Source: Candidatus Woesearchaeota archaeon (GTDB lineage: Archaea > Nanobdellota > Nanobdellia > Woesearchaeales > GW2011-AR4). Taken from it: a stretch of DNA of 54,447 nucleotides. Below are positions 25,911 through 35,263 of the stretch, piece after piece. The position numbers were made by a program, and so were the translations under genes. Each line of letters starts with the position of its first letter. Positions within the stretch are counted from its first letter, which is position 1. The stretch is from contig JAGVYR010000033.1 in NCBI GenBank assembly GCA_018303185.1, positions 1 through 54,447 of the forward strand, given 5' to 3'. The notes beneath the pieces were generated by a model that was not told the DNA's origin, did no database searches, and was given only the letters and a program-made list of their open reading frames with translations.

Positions 25911-27380
25911 ATGAAAAAAGAGGGCAGGCCGCCCTATCTCAGGTGGCTGGAAGAGTTCATATTATTCATAATTATAATCCTCAACATAATGGACTTCTTC
26001 TCAGTGCTTCCAGGGGACTTAGGCTACATAAAGAAAGTGCTCTCATGGACTGCTTTGGGCTACCTTTTCTACCATGCCAGCCTTACAAGGATTTTCTTCA
26101 ATGAAAGGCACCATTATGTGGATTTTTTCCTTATCATTTCTTATTTTTTGATGATATCAAAGAACATAGTTGCATCTTTCTCAGCAGAAAATACTTACCT
26201 TTTCAGGGAGATGCATGCTTTCCTTGCGGCAATAGGCCCTCAGCTGCAGTCAATGGCCTTTGTTCTCGGCTCTTCGCTTGTAATCTTATTGGCGCTTTAT
26301 TCCGCAATGGCCATAAATATACGCTCCCCCAGCATGATGCAGATATTCCATGAGCAAGGCCCTTCTCCCCACAATCCCCTGAAAATCCTGCTGAGATACA
26401 CTACGCTTTTCATATCCTTCTTCGGCTTTTTCCTCATAGTATTCAACCTTTCAATGGAGTGGCTTGCAATTGCGCTTGACGCACCTATACTGATGATAGC
26501 ATTATTCTTCTACATCTATCTCGCGATAGGCCATTACAGGAAATACCATCTTGAAAGCCTGCTGTACAAAATCGGGGAATTCACCGACGGGTTTTATGAG
26601 AGGTTCATATCGCTTTTCCATGAGAAAAGGACGCTTTTCATGGGGATTACGGGAATGCTTGTTCTCCACATCCTTACAGACATTGGCAATTTTATCATCC
26701 CCTACCTTTTCTTTTTCAGGGAAAGCCCTTATCTTGAGAGCCTCGGTGCAGGGCATGAGCCGCTCATCGGCATGATGCTTAGCCATATCTCCCAAATGCC
26801 TGCTCTTGACAAAATATCCCTTGTAGCAATATATGCCCTTAATGTCATAGGCATTGTCATGCTAATGCTCATTCCGGCTTTGCTGTGGTATGCAATGTTC
26901 ACAGGAAAAGAAATTAGGATTCCAAAGCTGGACATTGCATTTTTCTTTTCAGCGATGGCTGCCATGATTTTTGCCCCTGCCTTCAGGATATCAAAAATAG
27001 CAGGAAGCAGCCTAATCGGAGTTGACATACTCACGCAGCAGCCTTCAGTCTCTGCTTTCAGGGGATTTTTTGCCCTGGCATTTTTCTGCTTCACTGTTTT
27101 TTTGGCAGTGGTATTTTTGGAAGCAGGATATAAAAGGGCATTAACTATAGCGGGGCTTTTTTCCGGATTGGCATTCTTTGCATGGTACACAGCGCTTTTT
27201 TTCATAAGCACACTGAGCTATTACGCGAGCCTTATAGGCAGCCTCGCAGCAGCCTCAAGCTTCTACTTTGCAATGCTCTTTGGGATTTTCCTTAAAATTT
27301 CAATACTTTTTTATCTTGGTGCGTTCTTGCTCTTTGTGGATGAGCTCTTTGTCCAGAGGGCTTTCGGGAAGATACGCTGA
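25911..27380 (+). CDS. Polytopic membrane protein of unknown function
   Basis: About 490 aa with roughly 12 hydrophobic segments; TATA TTAAATA at about 25881. Confidence 0.8.
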   Translation: MKKEGRPPYLRWLEEFILFIIIILNIMDFFSVLPGDLGYIKKVLSWTALGYLFYHASLTRIFFNERHHYVDFFLIISYFLMISKNIVASFSAENTYLFREMHAFLAAIGPQLQSMAFVLGSSLVILLALYSAMAINIRSPSMMQIFHEQGPSPHNPLKILLRYTTLFISFFGFFLIVFNLSMEWLAIALDAPILMIALFFYIYLAIGHYRKYHLESLLYKIGEFTDGFYERFISLFHEKRTLFMGITGMLVLHILTDIGNFIIPYLFFFRESPYLESLGAGHEPLIGMMLSHISQMPALDKISLVAIYALNVIGIVMLMLIPALLWYAMFTGKEIRIPKLDIAFFFSAMAAMIFAPAFRISKIAGSSLIGVDILTQQPSVSAFRGFFALAFFCFTVFLAVVFLEAGYKRALTIAGLFSGLAFFAWYTALFFISTLSYYASLIGSLAAASSFYFAMLFGIFLKISILFYLGAFLLFVDELFVQRAFGKIR

Positions 27381-27989
27381 TTAGGGTTTTGAAATATCTA
27401 TGACTGCATCAGGGCTGAAAAATCTTATGGAAGGCATCCCAAAAGCTTTCAGCCGTTCTTCAGACTCAGAATCATAAGCATCAAACGCATCACTTAAATC
27501 CAGCTTTACAATCCTGTCCAGCCCACCTACAGATATTTTGTCTCCGTCTCTAAAATCCCTAATTTCTGACGGGTTTAGGTCTTCAATCAAAATTGCGCCA
27601 TATCTTTTGCCTAAACCATAAATCAAGCCCACGCAAAAAGATGTGACCAAAAATTTTTTATTTTTTGCAGCAGTTTCCGCTTCTTGGCAAAAGCCTTCCA
27701 ATGCTTCAATAGAAGAATCCAATTCCCTGTACACTCTTTCAGGATTTTGCGGCAATTTCCCGTAATACTTGTGCTTTCTTAAAATGGCATTAATTCCGGT
27801 TGGCAGCCGGCCCAATCTGTAATGGTCATTAAATTTGCCCTGCTGACTGATTGGAAAAAAATCATTAGCAACTACCATTCCCCCTCCCATCCCTTTTGCA
27901 GTATTCAAGCTTCTGTTTAAAATACCCATAATCCTCGGGTCACTTTCGATTTGTTTTCTTATTTGTTGAGAATAACCAAAGTAGTCCAT
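27381..27989 (-). CDS. Hypothetical protein (202 aa)
   Basis: ORF with an upstream TATA-like sequence; no motif recognised. Confidence 0.65.
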   Translation of the reverse strand: MDYFGYSQQIRKQIESDPRIMGILNRSLNTAKGMGGGMVVANDFFPISQQGKFNDHYRLGRLPTGINAILRKHKYYGKLPQNPERVYRELDSSIEALEGFCQEAETAAKNKKFLVTSFCVGLIYGLGKRYGAILIEDLNPSEIRDFRDGDKISVGGLDRIVKLDLSDAFDAYDSESEERLKAFGMPSIRFFSPDAVIDISKP

Positions 27990-28096
27990 TCTTGCTAGTA
28001 ATGCACTCTTATTTAAAAAAATAACTATTTTTAAGTAGTTAATTACTCGGATTAGCAGCGGGTAAAGTTTATATAGCTGATTTTTTTAATGGTTCT

Positions 28097-28882
28097 ATGG
28101 CACAAGTCCTGGTATACCTAAAAAAGAACGTTGCAGAAAACGCAGCCATCTATTTTGAAAAGGCCAAGAAAGCAAAAAAGAAGATGCAGGGCGCACAGGG
28201 CTCTTTGAAAGAAAATGCGGATAAGCTCCAGTCTCTCCTCAAGAAGCAGGAGAAGCACGCTTCTTCAGAAGAAGAGGAAAAAAAGCTGAAGGAAAGGAAA
28301 AAGGAATGGTATGAGAAATTCCGCTGGTTCTTCTCTTCAGAAGGGTTTTTGGTAATCGGCGGCAGGGATGCGACTTCCAATGAGGTTGTGATAAAAAAAT
28401 ATACTGAAAGCGGGGACATTGTCTTCCATACTGATTTGGCAGGCAGCCCGTTTTTTGTAGTGAAGACAGAAGGCAGGACACCTGGAGGCGCAACAATTAA
28501 GGAAGTGGCCGATGCAACCGTTACTTTTTCCCGTGTCTTCAAGCTTGGGCAGCAAAATTCTCCTGTATTCTGGGTAAGGCCGGAGCAGATATCAAAGCAG
28601 GCACAGTCAGGCGAATACCTTACAAAAGGCGCTTTCATGGTAAGGGGAAAGGCAAATTACATTGAGAATAAAATAAATCTTGCAGTCGGCATGACAAATG
28701 CACAGCAGATTATGGCTGGTCCTCTGGAAGCAGTAAAGAAGCACTGCGAAACATATCTTGTACTTGAGCAGGGCAGCATGAAGCCGAGCGATGCAGCGAA
28801 GAAAATCAAGTCAAAGCTCGGCGGCTCTGTCGATGAGATAATAAGGGCGCTGCCTGCCGGCGGGTTTAAGGTTGTTTCTTGA
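28097..28882 (+). CDS. Short NFACT-R (DUF814) protein, Rqc2/NEMF-related
   Basis: ENAAIYFEKAKKAKKK coiled coil, WYEKFRWFFSSEGFLVIGGRDATSNE, FHTDLAGSP, SGEYLTKGAFMVRG. Confidence 0.9.
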   Translation: MAQVLVYLKKNVAENAAIYFEKAKKAKKKMQGAQGSLKENADKLQSLLKKQEKHASSEEEEKKLKERKKEWYEKFRWFFSSEGFLVIGGRDATSNEVVIKKYTESGDIVFHTDLAGSPFFVVKTEGRTPGGATIKEVADATVTFSRVFKLGQQNSPVFWVRPEQISKQAQSGEYLTKGAFMVRGKANYIENKINLAVGMTNAQQIMAGPLEAVKKHCETYLVLEQGSMKPSDAAKKIKSKLGGSVDEIIRALPAGGFKVVS

Positions 28883-28951
28883 TTGAACCACTAATAAATG
28901 GATAAAAGGCAATTTTTATAAATATGCCTTAATTCTGGAGAGCATAGGTGA

Positions 28952-29665
28952 ATGGGATTGGGCGAACTTGAGAAAAGGATTATAATATTCGGGAAAATTT
29001 CCAATAATGAACTGGCAGAAGAGGAGGATAGGGGAAAATTTCTTTTCCTGTACGTCACTTCTGACCCTGAGGAGATTCTGTACAGCAGAGCTTTCTCGGA
29101 CACTGTCAAGGCAGGATTATGGGAATTGATTAGAAGTAGCGGGAAAAGCCTAGCTGAACAAGCAGAGCAAACTACTCCATTCTGTGTTTCTGACAAGATA
29201 GACTCGATTGAAGAGCTTGGCAGGCACTTCCCATCAACATCCATACTAAGAGTAAAGGGAGAATTTGAGACCTTCAGGAAATGCGAGCAAAGGCTGGAGT
29301 ACGAACTGAAGAAAAGACTAAGACCAGAAAACTGTGAAGAACAACTCCCATACGAGGAAGATAAGAATCTTGCTGAAAAGCTCCTAAAGTATCACGTAAT
29401 CCCTATGGTTCAAGCAAAGGAAAATGGGGACAACGCAAAGTTTGAAAGCTTGCAGAGCGATTTTTTTAAGTCAATGCCTTCAGAAAGGTATGCTCAGCAA
29501 TTCAGAAAAATAGCGTTTCAGATTCAGAATACGAGGATACGGGGCTTAAGGGACAGAAAAGTGATGGAATACCTTACCTGGATAGGGGCAATGGCCACAT
29601 ATGACTTGGAAACCAACCTCGCAACACAAATGAAACTGGCAACCTGGGACATGAGCCTGAATTAA
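28952..29665 (+). CDS. Hypothetical protein (237 aa)
   Basis: ORF with GGTGA SD and upstream TTTATA. Confidence 0.7.
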   Translation: MGLGELEKRIIIFGKISNNELAEEEDRGKFLFLYVTSDPEEILYSRAFSDTVKAGLWELIRSSGKSLAEQAEQTTPFCVSDKIDSIEELGRHFPSTSILRVKGEFETFRKCEQRLEYELKKRLRPENCEEQLPYEEDKNLAEKLLKYHVIPMVQAKENGDNAKFESLQSDFFKSMPSERYAQQFRKIAFQIQNTRIRGLRDRKVMEYLTWIGAMATYDLETNLATQMKLATWDMSLN

Positions 29666-29704
29666 TGCAACAGATTTAAATAATTTTAATACAATTTCTG
29701 AATC

Positions 29705-30514
29705 ATGAGCCTCCCAATCCTCCCTTCAGGGCAGAAATTCTCCTGCTGCCAGTGCGGAAGCTGCTGCTCCAAGATAAGGGGCATGATGCCTGCTGAAGAT
29801 GCCGCTTTCATGAAGGAGATGGCATACGGGAAGATGCCCTTAGTCCAGCTTATTCCTCTTGAAAAGATATCTTTTCCTCTTTATGACTGGGAAGCCAAAA
29901 GGTTCATGGGATGGCAGCATGATGCGAATGTCGATGCAAAAATAAGGCCTTCAAGGGCAATATTCGACCTAAACACGAATAAGGCAATAATCGCCACGTA
30001 TTCCATGGATTCTGACGCATGCCCTTTCCTGAAGAACAGCAAGTGCTCAATATACGATAAAAAGCGCGCTTATATCTGCCGCCTGTTTCCTTTCAACCGC
30101 ACCCCGTTTCTTGACGTGGGAGAAAGATTAAGGAAAGAAAACCTTTTCGGCACCTGCGGAGGTATGAAGAGTGTTTTGCCCCATATCCCTGAAAGCAAAA
30201 GCAAAATGATAGCGCACTTGCAGGCAGCCTTTCCCGACGGCAGCTTTGAGAATGCAGTGCAGCACGACATTGTCATTGAATGGCTGAACAGCACTGTTGT
30301 TGATTTAATGAGAAAAAAGATTGTAAGGCCCGCAATGAACTATCCTTATGAATTTTTATTGAAAAGGATAAATAACGCTGAAAAAATAGATTTCACTGAT
30401 TTTCTTGTCGGATCAGGATACATGCCTCTGGAAGAGAAAGACAGGCTTATTGAAGGTTTTGATTCCAATAGCGGCGCAAAGAGAAAAATAACGGAATTTA
30501 TTGAAAGCTGCTGA
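29705..30514 (+). CDS. YkgJ-family cysteine-cluster (CxxCxxCC) protein
   Basis: FSCCQCGSCC…CPFL…CSIY…ICRLFPF. Confidence 0.88.
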   Translation: MSLPILPSGQKFSCCQCGSCCSKIRGMMPAEDAAFMKEMAYGKMPLVQLIPLEKISFPLYDWEAKRFMGWQHDANVDAKIRPSRAIFDLNTNKAIIATYSMDSDACPFLKNSKCSIYDKKRAYICRLFPFNRTPFLDVGERLRKENLFGTCGGMKSVLPHIPESKSKMIAHLQAAFPDGSFENAVQHDIVIEWLNSTVVDLMRKKIVRPAMNYPYEFLLKRINNAEKIDFTDFLVGSGYMPLEEKDRLIEGFDSNSGAKRKITEFIESC

Positions 30515-30532
30515 AAAAGTCAGGAATATACA

Positions 30533-30695
30533 GATAGTGTCAGGTTAAGGGGGCGCCTGCCTTTTTCTGCCGAGGCAGGGAAATTGTTCTGGAGCTAAGG
30601 CATTGTTTTTCTTCAATAAAATACATTCAATAGTTCAACAGCAAAAGAAATCAAAAAACAACCGAGGCAGATGGCGCCCTTAACCTGAACTTATC
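30533..30695 (+). repeat. Dispersed structured element, copy 1 (partner 34827-34984)
   Basis: Terminal stem tcaggttaaggg/cccttaacctga. Internal blocks gaggcagg, taaggcat.gttttt, caat.gttca.cag, aaatcaaaaa(a)caaccg are shared with copy 2. Confidence 0.75.
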
Positions 30696-30731
30696 GGGAT
30701 GCAAATCATAAAGTTTATATATTTAAGCATA

Positions 30732-30750
30732 TTACACATATTTACACATA
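30732..30750 (+). promoter_or_regulatory. Tandem TTACACATA repeat, likely antitoxin operator
   Basis: Two 9-bp copies between the TATA box (TTTATATA, about 30714) and the antitoxin start. Confidence 0.45.
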
Positions 30751-30766
30751 ATTGGAGGCAGAGAAC

Positions 30767-30991
30767 ATGACAACTATGACTTTAGCTGTTCCGTCAGAGC
30801 TGAAACATAAAATGGAGGCATTTCCGGAGATGAATTGGTCTGAGGTTGCCCGGCAGGCGTTTATGCAGAGAATAAAAGATTTGGAATTTTTGAGGAAATT
30901 CAAGTCTGGCAGCACTTTGACAGAAGAAGATGCATTAAGATTGGGAAGGGAGCTGAACAAAAATCTGGCCAAAAGGTACAAAAAGGCTTAA
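30767..30991 (+). CDS. RHH-type antitoxin (VapB-like)
   Basis: MTTMTLAVPSELKHKM…EMNWSEVARQAF…STLTEEDALRLGRELN, the pattern of archaeal RHH antitoxins. Confidence 0.75.
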   Translation: MTTMTLAVPSELKHKMEAFPEMNWSEVARQAFMQRIKDLEFLRKFKSGSTLTEEDALRLGRELNKNLAKRYKKA

Positions 30992-31151
30992 TCATGGATT
31001 TAGTAATTTGTAATTGGGGGGTGGGTGGTTGGGAGTATCAAAGTTCGCTTTAATTGAAATAAGCTCCCGTTAATCCCATCAAGGCAGCTAAGCGCCCTTT
31101 TCACCGAAATTATTGAAAACACTTAAATACCCCTGCCTTATATGGCATGCT

Positions 31152-31766
31152 ATGATATCCGTATCGGAGATGAGGGCTCTTGAGGACAGTTCAGGCATTC
31201 CCAAAGATGTCCTTATGGATCATGCCGGCAGGGCGGCAGCACAGGCTTTAAGGGAAAAATTTGACATAAAGAACAAGAATATTCTCATTGTATGCTACCA
31301 CGGCAATAACGGCGGAGACGGCTTTGTGATGGCGAGAAAGCTGTGCGATGAGGCTGAAGTCGATGTTCTGTTTGCAGGTGATGAGGCAAGGCTGAAAGGC
31401 CCTGCGCTGAGGAACTACAGGAGGCTTCAGGACCATATAATGATACAGATGGTTGATATGGATGACGTTGATTTTTCTGATTACAATTTCATCGTGGACT
31501 GCATTTTCGGCACCGGAATTCATGCGGAGATTAGGGAGCCTATCTTATCATTAATCAACAGCCTCAACAAGGCAGAAGCAGTCAAAATTTCCATTGACGT
31601 GCCTTCAGGAGTTGACCCGGATACAGGGCAAAAAGCAAATGTATATTTTGAGCCGGATTTTCTTATAACTTTCCACGACATGAAGCAGGGGCTTGAAGAA
31701 TACAGCGATAGGGCAGTAGTTGTGGACATAGGCCTGGGGAATGTTTTAAATAATCCTGAGATATAG
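31152..31766 (+). CDS. nnrE: NAD(P)HX epimerase (YjeF N-terminal domain)
   Basis: LMDHAG, GNNGGDG, VDCIFGTG, IDVPSG, ITFH motifs. Confidence 0.92.
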   Translation: MISVSEMRALEDSSGIPKDVLMDHAGRAAAQALREKFDIKNKNILIVCYHGNNGGDGFVMARKLCDEAEVDVLFAGDEARLKGPALRNYRRLQDHIMIQMVDMDDVDFSDYNFIVDCIFGTGIHAEIREPILSLINSLNKAEAVKISIDVPSGVDPDTGQKANVYFEPDFLITFHDMKQGLEEYSDRAVVVDIGLGNVLNNPEI

Positions 31767-31774
31767 CTTATTCT

Positions 31775-32581
31775 ATGGGATTCATCTCAAAAGAGAACAT
31801 TTCAATACCTGAAAGGAAAAAGAGTGCAAAAAAAGGCGATTCGGGCCGTGTTTTGGTAATTGGCGGCAGCAAAGAGTATGTAGGCGCTGTCGCTCTTGTT
31901 ACAATAGCGGCTCCGGAGAAAGTCGCTTGGGCAATCAATTCTTTATCGGCAGATTTAGTCACAATAAAATTAAAGGGAGGCTATATCAATAATTCTCATT
32001 ATAAAATATTAAAAAAACTTATTGAAAAGCACGACGTCATTCTTATTGGCAACGGCATCGGGACAAGAAAAGAGACAAAGGCATCGATTAAAAAAATTAT
32101 AAAAAATGAAAAGCTGAAGGTTATTGACGCTGATGCGATTAAAGTTTTGTCTCTTGGCGAAATAAGCAATGCAATAATCACGCCGCACAGGAAGGAATTT
32201 GAGGCTTTTTTAAAAAATTCAAAATTCAATGAAAAAGAAACAGGAAAAATAATCAAAGGAGAAAAAAACTCAATGAAAAAAATCCAAAAAATCTTAAAAA
32301 ATAATATAATAATAAAAAAAGGAAGAATTGACGAAATAATCTCAAAGAGCAAAATCCTTTATAACAAAACCGGGAATCCGGGAATGGCAAAGGCAGGGAC
32401 AGGGGATGTTCTGGCAGGGCTTTGCGCGGGATTTCTTGCACAGAGCAGGGATATGCTCCAAAGTGCCATTAATGCAGCTTACTTCAACGGGCTTATAGGG
32501 GATATTCTTATGAAAAGAAAGAAAGGCTACACCTATCTCGCTTCTGACATCGTCGAAGAAATTACCCGTTTGAGCCATTAA
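31775..32581 (+). CDS. nnrD: ADP-dependent NAD(P)HX dehydratase (YjeF C-terminal domain), with an apparent short in-frame deletion
   Basis: KKGDSGRVLVIGGS..YVGA, IGNGIG, IDADAI, ITPH..EF, GTGDVLAG. Confidence 0.9.
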   Translation: MGFISKENISIPERKKSAKKGDSGRVLVIGGSKEYVGAVALVTIAAPEKVAWAINSLSADLVTIKLKGGYINNSHYKILKKLIEKHDVILIGNGIGTRKETKASIKKIIKNEKLKVIDADAIKVLSLGEISNAIITPHRKEFEAFLKNSKFNEKETGKIIKGEKNSMKKIQKILKNNIIIKKGRIDEIISKSKILYNKTGNPGMAKAGTGDVLAGLCAGFLAQSRDMLQSAINAAYFNGLIGDILMKRKKGYTYLASDIVEEITRLSH

Positions 32582-32775
32582 TTTCCGTCGCCACCCGCCG
32601 AATTCTTAAAAAACCTTAAAATCAAAACATTTAAATACTATTTGTAGAAGTATTAAATTCAATATTTTATGCAGTATTACCAAGCTCGACTAAAAAAACA
32701 TTTAAAAAATATATAAAAAAGCCATAATAGATATTATTTAAAAAACTATTAAAATTAATAGAGTATTAAGGAAAA

Positions 32776-32937
32776 ATGGTCAAAATCCAGCAGCTCCCTT
32801 CCGGCCAGCTAATAATCACTATTCCTAAAGTTCTCGCAGACTATGAAGGCCTTGAGAAAGGCATGGAAATAGAATTCAAGAAGCACGAGTTTGGATTCCT
32901 ATTGGAACTAAGAAAAGAGGAAAGGGGTGAAAAATAA
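32776..32937 (+). CDS. Small AbrB/MazE/SpoVT-like DNA-binding protein (53 aa, below ORF-track cutoff)
   Basis: MVKIQQLPSGQLIITIPKVLADYEGLEKGMEIEF fits the swapped-hairpin pattern. Confidence 0.75.
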   Translation: MVKIQQLPSGQLIITIPKVLADYEGLEKGMEIEFKKHEFGFLLELRKEERGEK

Positions 32938-33087
32938 ATGAACTTAGCGGAAATGGCAGCGATAATGGGCATCTCGCTTGATCAGCTGAGGCAGATGCTG
33001 GATGAAAACGACGTGATTGAGCTTAAGCTGACAGAAAGGAAAAAGAAAGAGGCAAAGGAAGAAGAGGGGGAAATCATAATGGTATAA
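32938..33087 (+). CDS. Small HTH-like protein (49 aa, below ORF-track cutoff)
   Basis: MNLAEMAAIMGISLDQLRQML…; GGTGA SD; abuts the upstream stop (TAAATG). Confidence 0.6.
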   Translation: MNLAEMAAIMGISLDQLRQMLDENDVIELKLTERKKKEAKEEEGEIIMV

Positions 33088-33096
33088 GATGATAAG

Positions 33097-34803
33097 ATGC
33101 AGAACGTTTTTTTTGAGATAGGTATTGTAATCATATCTGCTACAGTATTTGCCTTTATAGCCCGCCTTCTCAGGCAGCCATTCATCCCATTGTACATATT
33201 TGCCGGAATCCTGCTCGGCCCTGTATTCCATATAATACAAAACTCTGACATAATCCTGTTCATGTCGGAGGCGGGCATCGCTTTCCTGCTGTTCATAATC
33301 GGCCTCGAGATTGACATCAGAAGGCTGAAAGACGTGGGCATTGTATCCTCACTGGGCGGCCTCATCCAGATGTTTTCTGTATTTACGTTCTCATTTATCA
33401 TAGCCCTGCTGATAGGGTTTAAGCATATAGAATCAATCTACATAGCCCTTGTGATTGCTTTCAGCTCAACCATGATTGTTGTCAAGCTTCTCTCTGACAA
33501 GAAGCAGATTGACACCCTGCACGGCCGCATCATAATCGGAATACTGCTCATGCAGGACATCATCGCTATCTTTGTGCTTTCAATCCTCACCACTTTGGGA
33601 AGCTTTTCCTTTATGACCCTTGTTTACTCGGTTTTAAGCGGCCTTTTTGTATTCCTTATTGCATATCTTGCGGCAAAATACGCCTTCCCGCATATATTCA
33701 CTTTTGCGGCAAAGTCCCAGGAGCTTTTGTTCATAACAGCTGTAAGCGCCTCGTTTTTATTCTCTCTCCTGTTCAACATAATGGGGTTCTCAATAGCAGT
33801 TGGGGCATTTGTTGCGGGAGTTGCTCTGGCCAACCTTCCTTATAACATAGAAATTGTCGGAAAAGTGAAGTCTCTCAGGGATTTCTTTTCTGTGGTTTTC
33901 TTTGTCTCACTTGGGATGGAGCTTACCCTCAATTCAATTGGGGGCATGTGGCCACATTTCCTTATATTCCTTCTGCTGGCTGTGATTTTCAAGCCTCTTG
34001 TGATACTATTCATCTGCTCATTTTTCGGATACAAGATAAGGACATCTTTTGAGACTTCAATTTCACTGGCGCAGATATCCGAATTTTCACTGATAATAGT
34101 GGCGCAGGGCCTTTTAATGGGGCACGTCTCCCAGGAAATATTCTCGATAACAGTGCTTCTTGCAATAGTCACCATAGCGCTCACTTCATACTACATGAAA
34201 TTTGAGGAATCAATCTATTCAAGGCTGAAGAAGTACATAGGCATCTTTGACCGCATCAATAAGGAAAAGACCTACAGCCTTGAATACCAGGCATCCATGA
34301 AGTACAAGTATGTTCTTGTGGGCTACAACAGGATTGGGTACAGTGTCGTGAATATGTTCAGGCGCGCGCGCAAAAAATTCCTCGTCATCGACTTCAATCC
34401 GGAAACTATAAGGATGCTGATAAATGAGAAAGTGCCGTGCCTGTATGGCGACATTGGAGACACTGAGATAATCGAGCGCCTTGATTTCAAAGGGATAAGG
34501 GTAATCGTCTCCACTATTCCTACAGTGAAAGACAGCCTTCTCCTGATAAGGAAGGCAAAGGAGTCAAACAAAAAGATTGTCCTGATACTGACAGCAAGCC
34601 AGATTGACGAAGCTTTGAAATATTATGATGCCGGCGCCGATTACGTACTTATCCCGCATCTCATAGGCGGGGACCATGTCTCACTGATGATAGAGAACAT
34701 GGGTTCGATAAAGCAGATACTTGAGCACAGGCTGCGCCACATAGAAGAGCTTAAGAAGAGACATTCACTGCACATGTCCCATCCTGCCCACGGTCCGTCA
34801 TGA
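33097..34803 (+). CDS. CPA2 family cation:proton antiporter with C-terminal TrkA-N/RCK domain (Kef-type)
   Basis: LLFIIGLE, FSSTMIVVKLL, LLMQD, FFVSLG, QISEFSLI; GYNRIG and YGD RCK motifs. Confidence 0.93.
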   Translation: MQNVFFEIGIVIISATVFAFIARLLRQPFIPLYIFAGILLGPVFHIIQNSDIILFMSEAGIAFLLFIIGLEIDIRRLKDVGIVSSLGGLIQMFSVFTFSFIIALLIGFKHIESIYIALVIAFSSTMIVVKLLSDKKQIDTLHGRIIIGILLMQDIIAIFVLSILTTLGSFSFMTLVYSVLSGLFVFLIAYLAAKYAFPHIFTFAAKSQELLFITAVSASFLFSLLFNIMGFSIAVGAFVAGVALANLPYNIEIVGKVKSLRDFFSVVFFVSLGMELTLNSIGGMWPHFLIFLLLAVIFKPLVILFICSFFGYKIRTSFETSISLAQISEFSLIIVAQGLLMGHVSQEIFSITVLLAIVTIALTSYYMKFEESIYSRLKKYIGIFDRINKEKTYSLEYQASMKYKYVLVGYNRIGYSVVNMFRRARKKFLVIDFNPETIRMLINEKVPCLYGDIGDTEIIERLDFKGIRVIVSTIPTVKDSLLLIRKAKESNKKIVLILTASQIDEALKYYDAGADYVLIPHLIGGDHVSLMIENMGSIKQILEHRLRHIEELKKRHSLHMSHPAHGPS

Positions 34804-34826
34804 GGCCGGGAATTGGTAACTAGGGC

Positions 34827-34984
34827 AATGTCAACTCAAGGCAGGCGCCAATATTTTTGCGAGGCAGGATAGGAGGCTTTGGAAATAAGGCATAGTTTTT
34901 ATCCAATGGAAAAAATCCAATGGTTCATCAGATTAAAAATCAAAAACAACCGGGCAAAAGGCGGCTTGGCTTGGGCATCACATT
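34827..34984 (+). repeat. Dispersed structured element, copy 2 (partner 30533-30695)
   Basis: Same internal blocks as copy 1, with a different but still complementary terminal stem (ctcaag…cgcc / ggcg…cttggg). Confidence 0.7.
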
Positions 34985-35043
34985 AAGCACTCAGGCGGCT
35001 TTGCCTTAACGACAAAAACAATAATCCAAAAACCAAAACAAAA

Positions 35044-35263
35044 ATGAGCAGAAAACTTTTGAAATCAAAAGCGAAATCCCTTGAGCCTATCTTAAGGATA
35101 GGAAAGAACGGCCTTTCGGAAAGCATGGTTAAGGAGATAAATTCAATATTAAGGCAGAGTCGAGGGCAAGGACAAAAAAGAGCTTGCCGGAGAAATTGCA
35201 GAAAAAACAGGCTCTGAGATTATTGAGGCTGTTGGGAGTGTTGTTGTGGTGTATAAGGGCTAG
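35044..35263 (+). pseudogene. yhbY: YhbY/CRM-domain RNA-binding protein, internally deleted and frameshifted
   Basis: MSRKLLKSKAKSLEPILRIGKNGLSESMVKEINSILR, then in another frame VEGKDKKELAGEIAEKTGSEIIEAVGSVVVVYKG*. Span 220 nt; the central LIKVK strand is absent. Confidence 0.8.
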
